From Promethearchaeati archaeon (GTDB lineage Archaea > Asgardarchaeota > Heimdallarchaeia > Heimdallarchaeales > Heimdallarchaeaceae), in assembly GCA_013166775.1 (NCBI GenBank), contig JABLTJ010000002.1:64001-128000 (forward strand): a stretch of DNA of 64,000 nucleotides. Direction: 5' to 3'. The position numbers were made by a program, and so were the translations under genes. Shown in pieces: positions 28,876-38,622 of the stretch (its first letter is position 1; every line of letters begins with the position of its first letter). The notes below the pieces were generated by a model. That model did no database searches. It was not told where the DNA came from and saw only the letters and a list, made by a program, of their open reading frames with translations.

Positions 28876-29976
28876 TTAAATCAATTTAAACAGGTTAACT
28901 TTTCTTGAAAATGCTCTTTTGAACATCCATCTTATTAAATTTTTTGGACGTTTGGAAATCTCTGAAGCTTTTCTTGGAATTAAACTCATTGCATCCTTTG
29001 GACATACAATTGCACATACACCACACCCCACACATTTATCATTAGAAACGCACTTTCTATCATCAACTTCCAGTGCATTAAACTGACATCGAGCTATACA
29101 TTTTCCACAACCTATGCAATCTTCTTCGTTAATTGAGATTCTGTAATCAGATTTAACAAAAGCGTGAGGTTGATTCCATTCTGTTAATCCTCTAAGGACA
29201 CCACAACAGCATGTGCAACAATTGCAAATATATTTATGGCCTAATTCTACATTCATTGATGTATGGATAAGACCTGCTTCTTCCGTTTCTTTGAGGATTT
29301 CTAGAGATCTTTCCTTTGTAATTGGTTCTGTTCTAATGCTATTCTCGTAGGCATTCTCTCGACTTGAAAAAGTCATACAAACCTTTGTAGGATACTTACA
29401 AGGATTCTCTCTTATCATTTCCTGTTGTACTTTGCAGATACAGTCTCTTATTCCCCAGCTTTTTGCGTCTCTCACAATGTTCTCTGCTTCATCATAAGTA
29501 TGGATTTCAAGCTCTGTTTTTATCACTCTCTTAACTGGTACAACTCTTTGAATGGGAGGAGTTGATGAAAATAAGACTTCCCCTTGAGTTTTTTGGACAT
29601 AATCTTCGAACAGCTGTGCAAATTCAGAATCCATTCTGTGAATCTGTTCTTCATAAATTCCAACAACAAACGGTAGCACACCGTATTTCTTTTTACCTTT
29701 AGATCTTCGAATATGAATTTGCCCTTTCTCTTTCATGATTTTGAGCTTTGCTGCTAGTTTTTTAATAGGAATCTTCAATCGCTTGGACATTTTCTCAACT
29801 GTTTCTCCTGAAAGCTTCATCTTACTGGCAAGTTCAGCTTCATCAGGTTCAAAAATCCATTGTAAAAGTTTCAAGTGGGTACCATCTTCTACAGTAGCGA
29901 ATCCATTAGGAATTCTATTGAGTGTCTTAGATAATTCATGGTAAGGGTCGTAAGTCCTCTTCACAGCTTTAGTCAA
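28876..29976 (-). CDS. 4Fe-4S dicluster protein with N-terminal HTH-like region
   Basis: CICK, ICNCCTCCCG, CIGCGKC..RC, CVGCGVC..VCP; TTG start. Confidence 0.88.
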   Translation of the reverse strand: MTKAVKRTYDPYHELSKTLNRIPNGFATVEDGTHLKLLQWIFEPDEAELASKMKLSGETVEKMSKRLKIPIKKLAAKLKIMKEKGQIHIRRSKGKKKYGVLPFVVGIYEEQIHRMDSEFAQLFEDYVQKTQGEVLFSSTPPIQRVVPVKRVIKTELEIHTYDEAENIVRDAKSWGIRDCICKVQQEMIRENPCKYPTKVCMTFSSRENAYENSIRTEPITKERSLEILKETEEAGLIHTSMNVELGHKYICNCCTCCCGVLRGLTEWNQPHAFVKSDYRISINEEDCIGCGKCIARCQFNALEVDDRKCVSNDKCVGCGVCAIVCPKDAMSLIPRKASEISKRPKNLIRWMFKRAFSRKVNLFKLI

Positions 29977-30059
29977 TATATCCGCGTCCTGATTTATTGA
30001 GTTGTGGAAAGCTTACTAAAAAAGATTCACTTGAAACAAATAAAGAAAAAGCTTGGAAT

Positions 30060-31898
30060 TTATTTCTTTCTTCTAGAAAAAATGACTAGCATTGTAATAA
30101 ATGAACAACCTAGAAGAGAGAATATTGTGCTAAAGGTAATAAGCAATTCTTTTTGTTCTTCTTTTAAAATTTGGTAGTTTTCGAATGGATTGAAGGGAAA
30201 ATCGGAAAGACCTCCATCTGACATAAAATCACTAGCTAACTCAATATCAAAACGACGAGGTTCTAAATATTCACTAAAGCCAACACATCCATCTGGTATA
30301 CTTGTTACCCCTGGTATTGCATTATCTTTAATCAATACGTCACTTATATATTGCCTTGGAATGGCATGACTAATACCTTTTCTTATCAATTTAGCAGCTT
30401 CAGGTGTTCCTATTGGTGTCAACTCACCGGTGCCTAACACCGGATGTTTCATGTTTACTGCAATAATTTCTGTAAAAAACGATTTGCTATAAACTGGAAT
30501 CATGTCACTGATATTTTCAATATCTGAGTATTTTAAGTAGTATTTTGAGTCTATTATATCAACCTGGTTATCTATAAATTTCTGTAAGACTAGGTTTTTA
30601 TCCTGGATTCTTAAGAAATTTATTTCATCAAAATGAGGGGTAGGACCAAACCAAAATTCATTAGGTATTAATCTCACCGTTTGATCACTTTGGTTATAAT
30701 CCTTCATTTTAAACGGCCCACAAGAAGTAACAAGTGAATCATTTATATCAACCGAAAAGGGTGCATCATTAAAGATATCATAACCATATAAACTGACAAG
30801 AGGTTCTATTTCACTCTTATCAATAATACCAAATGACAATAGTTTGAGGTGGTGACTATAAGGTTGTGATACAAGGAATTCAACTCTATCTACATCTTTG
30901 ATACTTATTGAAGAATTTGATAGGAACCAATCTGTAAGGTAATCGTAAGCAGAGGAATTAACATCTGGAGTTAGGTGAAGCTGGTAAGTATAAACTATAT
31001 CTTCAGCAAGAACTGATTCTCCATTACTAAATGTCGCATTTGAGTTTATATCTACTGTTAAATTAATTATATTACTTGGTTTAAGGATAGCAGAATAATT
31101 TTGAGCTATTACAGGTTCCCAGTTATGATGTCCTTGTCCTCTTTGAAACAAGGAAGCATATACACATTGTGACCAAAGAGCATCAGAGTTTATTGGATCA
31201 TTAAACTGATCATATTCGATTCTGAAACAATTAAAGTTTGAGAATTCATCTGGTTGTGAGTAAATTAGTTTACTATCAGTACTACTATTCCAATATTCCG
31301 ATCTATGATTTCTTTTCAGTAACAATGTTGGATCAACATTGTAGGATTCATTCCTATAGCAGAACATCTCTTTGAGATAGGAGATCGAGATATCAGGTTG
31401 ATCTTCAAAAAGAAATTTTTGGAGAATTTCTGCACGATTTAACTGTTCAAAAGGTTCCAATTCTTCAATAAATGCATTTAGTACTGCATCATATGTTGGA
31501 TTGCTATACTGATAGAAATTGTCTCCATCAGGTGTTATAGCTGCTGTATCATATAATCCTTGTATGTTTAAATCTAAACCCCATTCTTTTCCTAGAAAAA
31601 TGATATCATATCCACCATTTTGATATATTGGAATATAATCATAATCAATCATCGGATAAGACCAAGTTCTTTGAGAAATATCACTCTTAGATTTTACATC
31701 AAAATTTGTAACACCAACTCCTATATTTTCAAATATCTCAGTTAGATACGATGCTATTTCTATTCGGTCCCTACTATCTTCTAAAACCAGAATACTAATT
31801 GAAAATGCTGTCTCCTGTTTGTAATTTTGAGTTAGTGTAATTGTTGGTCCAATTAAGAATGAGATAATGAAAATAATCACAAGCGTTTTCTTATTCAT
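30060..31898 (-). CDS. family-5 ABC substrate-binding protein, circularly permuted paralog
   Basis: Shares GDN.YQYSNPTYDA and NMKHPVLGTGELTP.GTPEAAK with 26960..28771; C-terminal TM. Confidence 0.9.
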   Translation of the reverse strand: MNKKTLVIIFIISFLIGPTITLTQNYKQETAFSISILVLEDSRDRIEIASYLTEIFENIGVGVTNFDVKSKSDISQRTWSYPMIDYDYIPIYQNGGYDIIFLGKEWGLDLNIQGLYDTAAITPDGDNFYQYSNPTYDAVLNAFIEELEPFEQLNRAEILQKFLFEDQPDISISYLKEMFCYRNESYNVDPTLLLKRNHRSEYWNSSTDSKLIYSQPDEFSNFNCFRIEYDQFNDPINSDALWSQCVYASLFQRGQGHHNWEPVIAQNYSAILKPSNIINLTVDINSNATFSNGESVLAEDIVYTYQLHLTPDVNSSAYDYLTDWFLSNSSISIKDVDRVEFLVSQPYSHHLKLLSFGIIDKSEIEPLVSLYGYDIFNDAPFSVDINDSLVTSCGPFKMKDYNQSDQTVRLIPNEFWFGPTPHFDEINFLRIQDKNLVLQKFIDNQVDIIDSKYYLKYSDIENISDMIPVYSKSFFTEIIAVNMKHPVLGTGELTPIGTPEAAKLIRKGISHAIPRQYISDVLIKDNAIPGVTSIPDGCVGFSEYLEPRRFDIELASDFMSDGGLSDFPFNPFENYQILKEEQKELLITFSTIFSLLGCSFITMLVIFSRRKK

Positions 31899-32797
31899 TT
31901 TCTACCCTCCACAATTCTTTTCTTTCTAGAGATTAAAGAAAAAGGTATTATTACAACTGCATTTAATGTAGCTAGTATAATACTGTAAATTTTCATCTTT
32001 CTAATTCTTTGTTCTTGCCTAATAAGTGTTTTATCGAATTTCATTCCTACATAATCTTCTTCGATATATTCATTGTCCCAGAACCATATGTAAGAAGTTG
32101 AATTCAGATTTTCAATAATCTGAAGTTTTTGAGAAAGGGTTCCTTCGGAATTATCTATTACTCTTTCTGGTTGGTATCCTTCTATTCTGAATTCTACTCT
32201 TTCAGTTATATTACCTTTCCAGGATCTTCCCGTACCAACATCATAGACATAATAAAATTCATCATTGCTAGTATTCCAGCTATATTCAACAGAAGTAAAC
32301 GTTCCTCCTTCAAAAGTAATATTAGAAAGAATGAAATCTCTTTCATAATAGTTTATCAGATATCTATTCCACTGAAAAAAAACATTATCAGTTATCTCAG
32401 TAAAATTATGCTGTATTTCACGTCCATTTACTTTAACCAATAAAGAATCAACAAAACCTTGATCAACACCATAAAAAGGTGCTGCAATTGTCAGAGTTAT
32501 AGTTTCGTGTGGATTGTAAAATTTATAGGAACCTAGAAAACTTACTTCAAATAATTCTTGATGAATACCTTTAGATGGATTTGATTTAATTGTCATTTTT
32601 ACATCTGCGTTTTTCATTGAAATATTATAATTGGTCTTACTTGGGATAATACCTCCCATCGTTAATCCATTATAATAATAATAAGATACATAAATTGGAT
32701 TAGCTGCTGATTTGTTCATAGGTAAGGTGATACTTCCAGTTAGAAATAATAGGATAATCAACATTATTCTTTTATTATGAGTAGAAATTACAGACAT
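31895..32797 (-). CDS. secreted membrane-anchored protein (DUF4424-like)
   Basis: Signal peptide, Y.FYN, VKVNG, YVYDVGTGRSWKGNI, C-terminal TM plus RKKR. Confidence 0.6.
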   Translation of the reverse strand: MSVISTHNKRIMLIILLFLTGSITLPMNKSAANPIYVSYYYYNGLTMGGIIPSKTNYNISMKNADVKMTIKSNPSKGIHQELFEVSFLGSYKFYNPHETITLTIAAPFYGVDQGFVDSLLVKVNGREIQHNFTEITDNVFFQWNRYLINYYERDFILSNITFEGGTFTSVEYSWNTSNDEFYYVYDVGTGRSWKGNITERVEFRIEGYQPERVIDNSEGTLSQKLQIIENLNSTSYIWFWDNEYIEEDYVGMKFDKTLIRQEQRIRKMKIYSIILATLNAVVIIPFSLISRKKRIVEGRK

Positions 32798-32943
32798 ATC
32801 CCATATACTATAGTTTCAAACCCTTAAATTATTTTCTAGTATGTTTCAAGGATTGGAATTATATCTTTTTTGCATTTTACCAGAAAAGAGAATAGTCAGA
32901 CACTAGTAATTCAGTTATTAGAACCAAAATATCCTAATTCTAA

Positions 32944-33393
32944 TCATGCTCCAATTCTTTCTTGTTTTTCTAGATTTTTCAGTATATTTGCAATATTTTC
33001 TTCGATTTCGTCGATTTCAGTAGGTGAAAAACCTTCATAGTAAATACTACTCATTTCTAATACTATCTTAAAATATCTTTCAAAATCTTGTTGAAATTTG
33101 TCCAACAGTTTTATCAGATGCTTTCTTCTATCTTTCTTCGAAGGAACTCTTTTTACAAGTTTTTTACTTTCAAGTTTATCTATAACTACTGTTAATGTTG
33201 AATTGCTTAATGAAGTTCGATCCGATAATTCTTGCATAGAGATTAAATCTTGCTCTTTAAGTGCAAACAAAACCCGACCTTGTGACGGATTTAAATCGGC
33301 TAAATCATTTTCCCTTAATTTTCTTTGAAACAATCTATCAGAAATCTGGTGGATTTGAGCGATATTTAATCCTATTTTCGAAGGTTTTTTCAT
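32944..33393 (-). CDS. MarR-family transcriptional regulator
   Basis: LNPSQGRVL, STLTVVIDKLESKKLVKR.PS..DRR. Confidence 0.93.
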   Translation of the reverse strand: MKKPSKIGLNIAQIHQISDRLFQRKLRENDLADLNPSQGRVLFALKEQDLISMQELSDRTSLSNSTLTVVIDKLESKKLVKRVPSKKDRRKHLIKLLDKFQQDFERYFKIVLEMSSIYYEGFSPTEIDEIEENIANILKNLEKQERIGA

Positions 33394-33426
33394 CTATGAA
33401 TCCACCTATTCAGACACAAATAAATC

Positions 33427-33455
33427 TTTCGAATGCGTAATTTACGGTTTCGAAA
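33427..33455. promoter_or_regulatory. inverted repeat, probable MarR operator, next to a TATA-like box
   Basis: tttcgaatgcgtaa-t-ttacggtttcgaaa (12/14 arm match) between divergent genes, followed by tttttaaa. Confidence 0.65.
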
Positions 33456-33497
33456 TATTTTTAAACTTCCAATTAATTTTATTTTGGGTGAATCTAA

Positions 33498-34346
33498 ATT
33501 ACTAATATACTAGTTACTGGCGCTACAGGTAATGTAGGTAGGGAAGTAATCAAATTTCTAATAGATGAAGATGTAACTGTTTTTGCAGCTGATATCAATC
33601 CGGAAATTGTTAAAATACGATTTGGTGATGACGTTCAATTTCGCAAACTTGACTTTTATGATCCCACAACTTTTGAATCAAGTCTGGAAGGTATGGGTCG
33701 AGTTTTCCTAATGCGACCTCCGCAAATAGGCAAAGTAAAGAAATACATGTTCCCATTTATAGATTTAATCAAAAAGAAAGGGATAAAACATGTTGTAACT
33801 CTTTCAATAGCTGATGCAATGCCTTTTGTTCCCCATTATAAAATAGAAAAATATCTCGAGAAATCAAAAATAATCTACACACATATTCGAGCAGGATACT
33901 TCATGCAGAATCTGTCAACAACACACAAAGAAGTTATTCAGAAAGAAAAAGACATTTTCATTCCTGCTGGAGATGGAAAGATTAGTTTCACTGACGCAAG
34001 AGATATTGCAGAGGTTGCTGCTACCATATTGATGAAAGGAACACATAAAAACCGTACACTCAAAATTACTGGAGATGCTGCACATAATTTCTATGAAGTA
34101 GCAGAGAAAATGTCCTCAATAACAAATCAACCCATTAAGTATAGTAATCCTACAGGAAAAGAATTTAAGAAAAAAATGCTGAGTTACAAATTTGACAAAG
34201 GAATGGTCAGAATAATGGGTTTTATTTATTCTGCCATAAAAAATCATAAATCTGACAAAACTTATCCCGACTTCAAGAAACTATTAAAGAAAGATCCTAT
34301 AACTATTGACCAGTACATTGAGGATTATGCTGAGAATTGGTTATAA
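33498..34346 (+). CDS. NmrA/atypical SDR NAD(P)H-binding protein, probable ATT start
   Basis: The in-frame extension (I/M)TNILVTGATGNVG supplies the Rossmann motif missing from the track ORF. Also HY.IE, YFMQN, DARDIAEVAA. Confidence 0.88.
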   Translation: MTNILVTGATGNVGREVIKFLIDEDVTVFAADINPEIVKIRFGDDVQFRKLDFYDPTTFESSLEGMGRVFLMRPPQIGKVKKYMFPFIDLIKKKGIKHVVTLSIADAMPFVPHYKIEKYLEKSKIIYTHIRAGYFMQNLSTTHKEVIQKEKDIFIPAGDGKISFTDARDIAEVAATILMKGTHKNRTLKITGDAAHNFYEVAEKMSSITNQPIKYSNPTGKEFKKKMLSYKFDKGMVRIMGFIYSAIKNHKSDKTYPDFKKLLKKDPITIDQYIEDYAENWL

Positions 34347-34358
34347 AGTACAGAAACA

Positions 34359-35879
34359 TTACAATTTTTTCAGTACTTCATTAGCACATTGCCAACCAGA
34401 CCAAATTGTAGATGAGTATCCACCTCCAGGAAAAGTCCAAGCAGATGCGAAGTACAGATTTTTGACTGGTGATTTGTTTTTCAATCTCATCATACCAGAT
34501 TGTTTAGGAGTATAGGCAAATCCTAGAAAAGTTCCATTTGGATTAAGGGTATATTCCACTTTTGTTCTAGGTGTTGAAACATAATAGTAATCGATATGAC
34601 CTACCATATCTGGCATTAGTTTGTATAAACGATCAATGAACATATGTGCAACTTCTTTCTTCTTTGCAGTATATTCTGCTTTGCTCAAACCCCCCCAGTT
34701 TTCAATATAGTCCACAACGCTGATTACGCCGATACTACGCCCAGAACTAGCAAGCATTGAATCGATTTGGCTAAAATCAACAAAAATGAAATTTCGTTTC
34801 TCATAATCTCCTTTATGATTATCTGCTATTTGATGGAGACTAATAATACTTGGGTCATTCACTACTGTAGTATAACTAGTATTTCCAATTTCTATTGGAG
34901 GTTTATTGAAACCAAGGTAGATGTTAAGTATTGAATGACCTACATCTAGTTTATTAATTTGCTCTCTGAATTTCTTGTGACGCTTTCCTTGTAATAGCTC
35001 ATTTGCAACCTGAGGGACAGGTGCATTTGCGATGATAATTTTTCCACTAATTTTGTGAATTTTTTTGTCGCTTTCTTTTTTAGATATATACTCAACTCCA
35101 CAAGCTTTTCCTCTTTCAACTACAATTCTTGTGACTACTCTATCAAACAGAAAGGTTCCACCATGTTGTTTGATGAATTTTACAAGACCGTAACTAAATT
35201 TGATCGAACCACCTTTAATATAGTGAGTTCCACCCTTAAAGCGTGTTGAGAGTGCGATTGCATAAATTATAGCAGATAGTTTGTAAGGATCGTCTCCATA
35301 GTATTGAATAGTACCTGCTAATGCAAGTTTAAGATCTTCATTATTAAAATGTGAATCAAATAGATCTCCAGCTGTCTTTCCTCCCCATCTAGGAATACTT
35401 GGAAAAATCATAGGCACAAATGGACCAATTATTCCTTGCATGAACTTAGACCTTGGTATATTGTGAGTGTCCTTTGTTATTGCATTTATTGTTTTGAAAA
35501 ATTTCTTTATTGATTTCTCTTCATCAGGAAACCATTCAACTAGTTTCTCTATTGCTTGTTCTTCGTTATCAGGAATCGTAAAATCCTTTCTTTCATTATA
35601 AAATTTGTAAAAACCAGTTAATATCTTCTCAAATTCTATGTTGAAGAATATGTCTAAATCTTCAAAAACTTCTATCTTTGGATCTTTTTCATATAATCCA
35701 TCCATTGCATGAAGACCAAAGTCAATCATATAATCATCGGAAAGTTTAAGACAAGAAGCATAACCACCTGGAGTTGATTCTTGTTCTATTAGCAGAACCT
35801 TCTTCCCTTCTTTTGTTAATTTAGCTCCAGCAATGAGTCCTCCTATACCTGTTCCAATAATAATGGCATCATAATCCAT
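34359..35879 (-). CDS. phytoene desaturase/retinol saturase-family FAD oxidoreductase
   Basis: IIGTGIGGL..., PGGY, STPRT, NLYFASAWTFPGGG. Confidence 0.88.
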   Translation of the reverse strand: MDYDAIIIGTGIGGLIAGAKLTKEGKKVLLIEQESTPGGYASCLKLSDDYMIDFGLHAMDGLYEKDPKIEVFEDLDIFFNIEFEKILTGFYKFYNERKDFTIPDNEEQAIEKLVEWFPDEEKSIKKFFKTINAITKDTHNIPRSKFMQGIIGPFVPMIFPSIPRWGGKTAGDLFDSHFNNEDLKLALAGTIQYYGDDPYKLSAIIYAIALSTRFKGGTHYIKGGSIKFSYGLVKFIKQHGGTFLFDRVVTRIVVERGKACGVEYISKKESDKKIHKISGKIIIANAPVPQVANELLQGKRHKKFREQINKLDVGHSILNIYLGFNKPPIEIGNTSYTTVVNDPSIISLHQIADNHKGDYEKRNFIFVDFSQIDSMLASSGRSIGVISVVDYIENWGGLSKAEYTAKKKEVAHMFIDRLYKLMPDMVGHIDYYYVSTPRTKVEYTLNPNGTFLGFAYTPKQSGMMRLKNKSPVKNLYFASAWTFPGGGYSSTIWSGWQCANEVLKKL

Positions 35880-36005
35880 ATCGTATATTTGAAGAGAGCA
35901 TTTATTATCTTTTTGTAGAGGAGTAGCAAAGGGAATCTAGAACCAATTTCCAGTATCAATGTATTTACGTAAAAATAAATAAAGAATTACGAAACAAAGT
36001 CATAT

Positions 36006-37094
36006 ATGAAAATTTCTTACCTTCCATCTGATTATATAATCAATGGTTTAAGAAACCTTGAAGAGATTCAGAGAAAAGAATCAAGTTTCTTCTTAAGAGC
36101 AGTTAGAATCGAGAATGATTCATCAAACAAGATTAAGCTAACACAATACCAATTTGATATTCAAAGAAATTCTGAAACATTGAAATCAATAATGTATAAT
36201 GAGAAGATGATTCAGAAGAAAGCAGAGGATGTAAGTAAACTAATTGAAGCACTACCACATCCTGATTTAGCTAAGTTTTTCCTAGGTACAGCAGAATTTT
36301 GGAACAAAGATAAACTTTCACTAAATGACCTAGAACAAGACCAAGAAACAGGATTAATATTAGAGTATTTTGAATACATGGATAGAGAACCGGTAGATCA
36401 GCTTAAATTCACTGTTTATTATATAGAGAATGATGAACAGAAAAAAGAAGCAATCATAATCCCTATACAGCACTATGAATGTAAGAATGAGTACATTCTC
36501 CCTCTTAGAGGAGCATGGATACCAGCCAATCCCTTCGACAATCCATATGAGCATAGAAGAATGCATTCACAAGAGTTTGGTTTTGATTTAATAAAAGTAG
36601 ATAAAGAAATGAATCTGAGTTCCAGCTCAGGAAGGGAAAATGAATCACATATCTTTTATGGTGAACAAGTAATTGCAATAGCGGATGGAGTAGTGGTAGA
36701 TACTTTTGATCAGCTACCTGATAATCCCGCAGCTGGTAAGTTATTACCTGAAGAGGATTTAGGAAAAATAATCATGGAATCAGGATATCTTCCTGTTGCA
36801 GCAGGAAACTATGTTGTGATTGAACATCTTGAAGATGAATTTTCTTTTTATGCTCATTTGATACCAGAATCCTTGAAAGTCAAAATCGGAGATAAAGTCA
36901 AACAAGGTCAATGTATAGGTCTTCTTGGTAATTCAGGAAACTCTTCAGCACCTCATCTACATTTCCAACTAATGCAGGGCTCGAATCCATTAACAGCAAG
37001 AGGGTTACCATGTAAGTTTAACAATCTCACTGGTTTAGAAGGAGAAAAAGTAGAACTGGTTGACAAGAATTTCTCTATCATCTATGCAAAGTAA
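36006..37094 (+). CDS. M23-family metallopeptidase
   Basis: H...FGFD, GNYVVIEH, YAHL, GNSGNSSAPHLHFQ. Confidence 0.9.
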   Translation: MKISYLPSDYIINGLRNLEEIQRKESSFFLRAVRIENDSSNKIKLTQYQFDIQRNSETLKSIMYNEKMIQKKAEDVSKLIEALPHPDLAKFFLGTAEFWNKDKLSLNDLEQDQETGLILEYFEYMDREPVDQLKFTVYYIENDEQKKEAIIIPIQHYECKNEYILPLRGAWIPANPFDNPYEHRRMHSQEFGFDLIKVDKEMNLSSSSGRENESHIFYGEQVIAIADGVVVDTFDQLPDNPAAGKLLPEEDLGKIIMESGYLPVAAGNYVVIEHLEDEFSFYAHLIPESLKVKIGDKVKQGQCIGLLGNSGNSSAPHLHFQLMQGSNPLTARGLPCKFNNLTGLEGEKVELVDKNFSIIYAK

Positions 37095-37392
37095 TGAAAT
37101 CTTAATTATTATAATACACATTTTCCCTTTTCATTACGATGCAAGGCATCCTTCCTAATAGTAAGGTGCCCAATCCAAGAAGGTGAGGTTACTGTTCTGC
37201 TAAGCTTGAGTATTCATGACACTATCTTATAAGAAGGAGACTTTAAAACAAAGTAACGGTTAAACAGAAAAAATCCTATCTAGAACGCTGAACCTGCAGA
37301 ATCTTCATTCGACTTTTTAAACGCTTGTTTATTCAAGTTTTAGACTAACGTAAATATTTTATAAGTGAATTACAACACGTTGATTGTAGAAA

Positions 37393-38622
37393 ATGAGCGT
37401 TGACAGAGAAGGTTTAGAATCCAAAGTAGCCATATTGGGACTCTCACAATCTGGAAAAACTTCCATCAGACAAGTAATTTTTGAAGGATTTGCTCCAGAA
37501 TCCACATCGCAGAATCCAGCAACAGTCAGAATTAACAGGAAGTTGTTCAATCTCGCAGGAAGTTCCATAAACTTATTTGATGTAGGAGGGCAGAGCGCTT
37601 ATCTAAATGAAGTCTTTCAACAGTATCAAGAAAGAACTTTTTCTGATGTGAAAGCAGTTATCTTTGTTGTAGATGTATCTGATGCTGCTAACATAATGAG
37701 ATCTAAATATTATTTTGATCTAACAGTTGAGAATGTCAAAGAGATAAGCAGAACTGCTAAGATATATGTCTTTGCTCACAAAATGGATGTTGTACCTGTC
37801 AATAAAAGACAAGCAGTACTTCAATCCATTAAAGATATCTTTGAAATCGATAATATGGAAAATGCAGAGATTTATGGTACCTCAATCTTTGAAGATACGC
37901 TCTGGGATGCGATGCAGAAGATTCTTGCTTTGGTTTATCCTAAGGATGATAGCAAAACATTAGAAATCAAAGATGTTGTAGGGGCATATGATTTATCATT
38001 TTTAGCTGTATCAACAACTCATGGTCTTGTCCTTTATTCCCAACCAGAAGCTCTTGCAGGAGTAAATTATGAGAGGTTGAGGAATGAGTTGTCCAACACA
38101 TTTTTCCCTGGAATGGTAATGGATTATGCAATTTTCTCATTGGGAAACTTTTGTGTTTTTATGAGGGAAATTGATAATGATTTAGTACTTACTTCAGTTT
38201 TTGAACACGGTCCTGATCTGGGTGATACTCGTAGTAAATTCCTAGAACTTAGTGGAAAGATAATGCAAATCTTCCAACCTGATGAATTAATAGGACAAGC
38301 AAAGGCAAAGATGAAATCAACTCTATCAAAATACTTAGAAAATAACAAAGTAAGAGAGATAGCTACTCTTGAACGAAGGTTCGATGTTAAAGTGAATGTC
38401 AAGTGTGATATTTGTGGAAAACAAGTTCAAAAATCGATTCTAGATGTAGCTGTAGAAAATTCTGAAAAACTTGAAAGAGGAATAAAAATTACTGCAGGAT
38501 TTGGAGTAACAACAATTGAGATGTATCCTATACATGAATGTATAGAAGGAATGAGAGAAATTCCAGTTTTCCTAGATAGTGATCTTGAATATAGAAGATA
38601 TGATAACAGTAGACCAATCTGA
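37393..38622 (+). CDS. Rag/Gtr-like GTPase + roadblock-like domain + putative Zn-binding C-terminal domain
   Basis: GLSQSGKTSIRQVIF, ATV, DVGGQ, HKMD (Rag-type G4); LAVSTTHGLVL; CDIC...HEC. Confidence 0.88.
   Translation: MSVDREGLESKVAILGLSQSGKTSIRQVIFEGFAPESTSQNPATVRINRKLFNLAGSSINLFDVGGQSAYLNEVFQQYQERTFSDVKAVIFVVDVSDAANIMRSKYYFDLTVENVKEISRTAKIYVFAHKMDVVPVNKRQAVLQSIKDIFEIDNMENAEIYGTSIFEDTLWDAMQKILALVYPKDDSKTLEIKDVVGAYDLSFLAVSTTHGLVLYSQPEALAGVNYERLRNELSNTFFPGMVMDYAIFSLGNFCVFMREIDNDLVLTSVFEHGPDLGDTRSKFLELSGKIMQIFQPDELIGQAKAKMKSTLSKYLENNKVREIATLERRFDVKVNVKCDICGKQVQKSILDVAVENSEKLERGIKITAGFGVTTIEMYPIHECIEGMREIPVFLDSDLEYRRYDNSRPI

Noticed and set aside
34359-35879. Carotenoid biosynthesis cluster
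   Set aside because: No phytoene synthase or cyclase nearby; the family is functionally broad.
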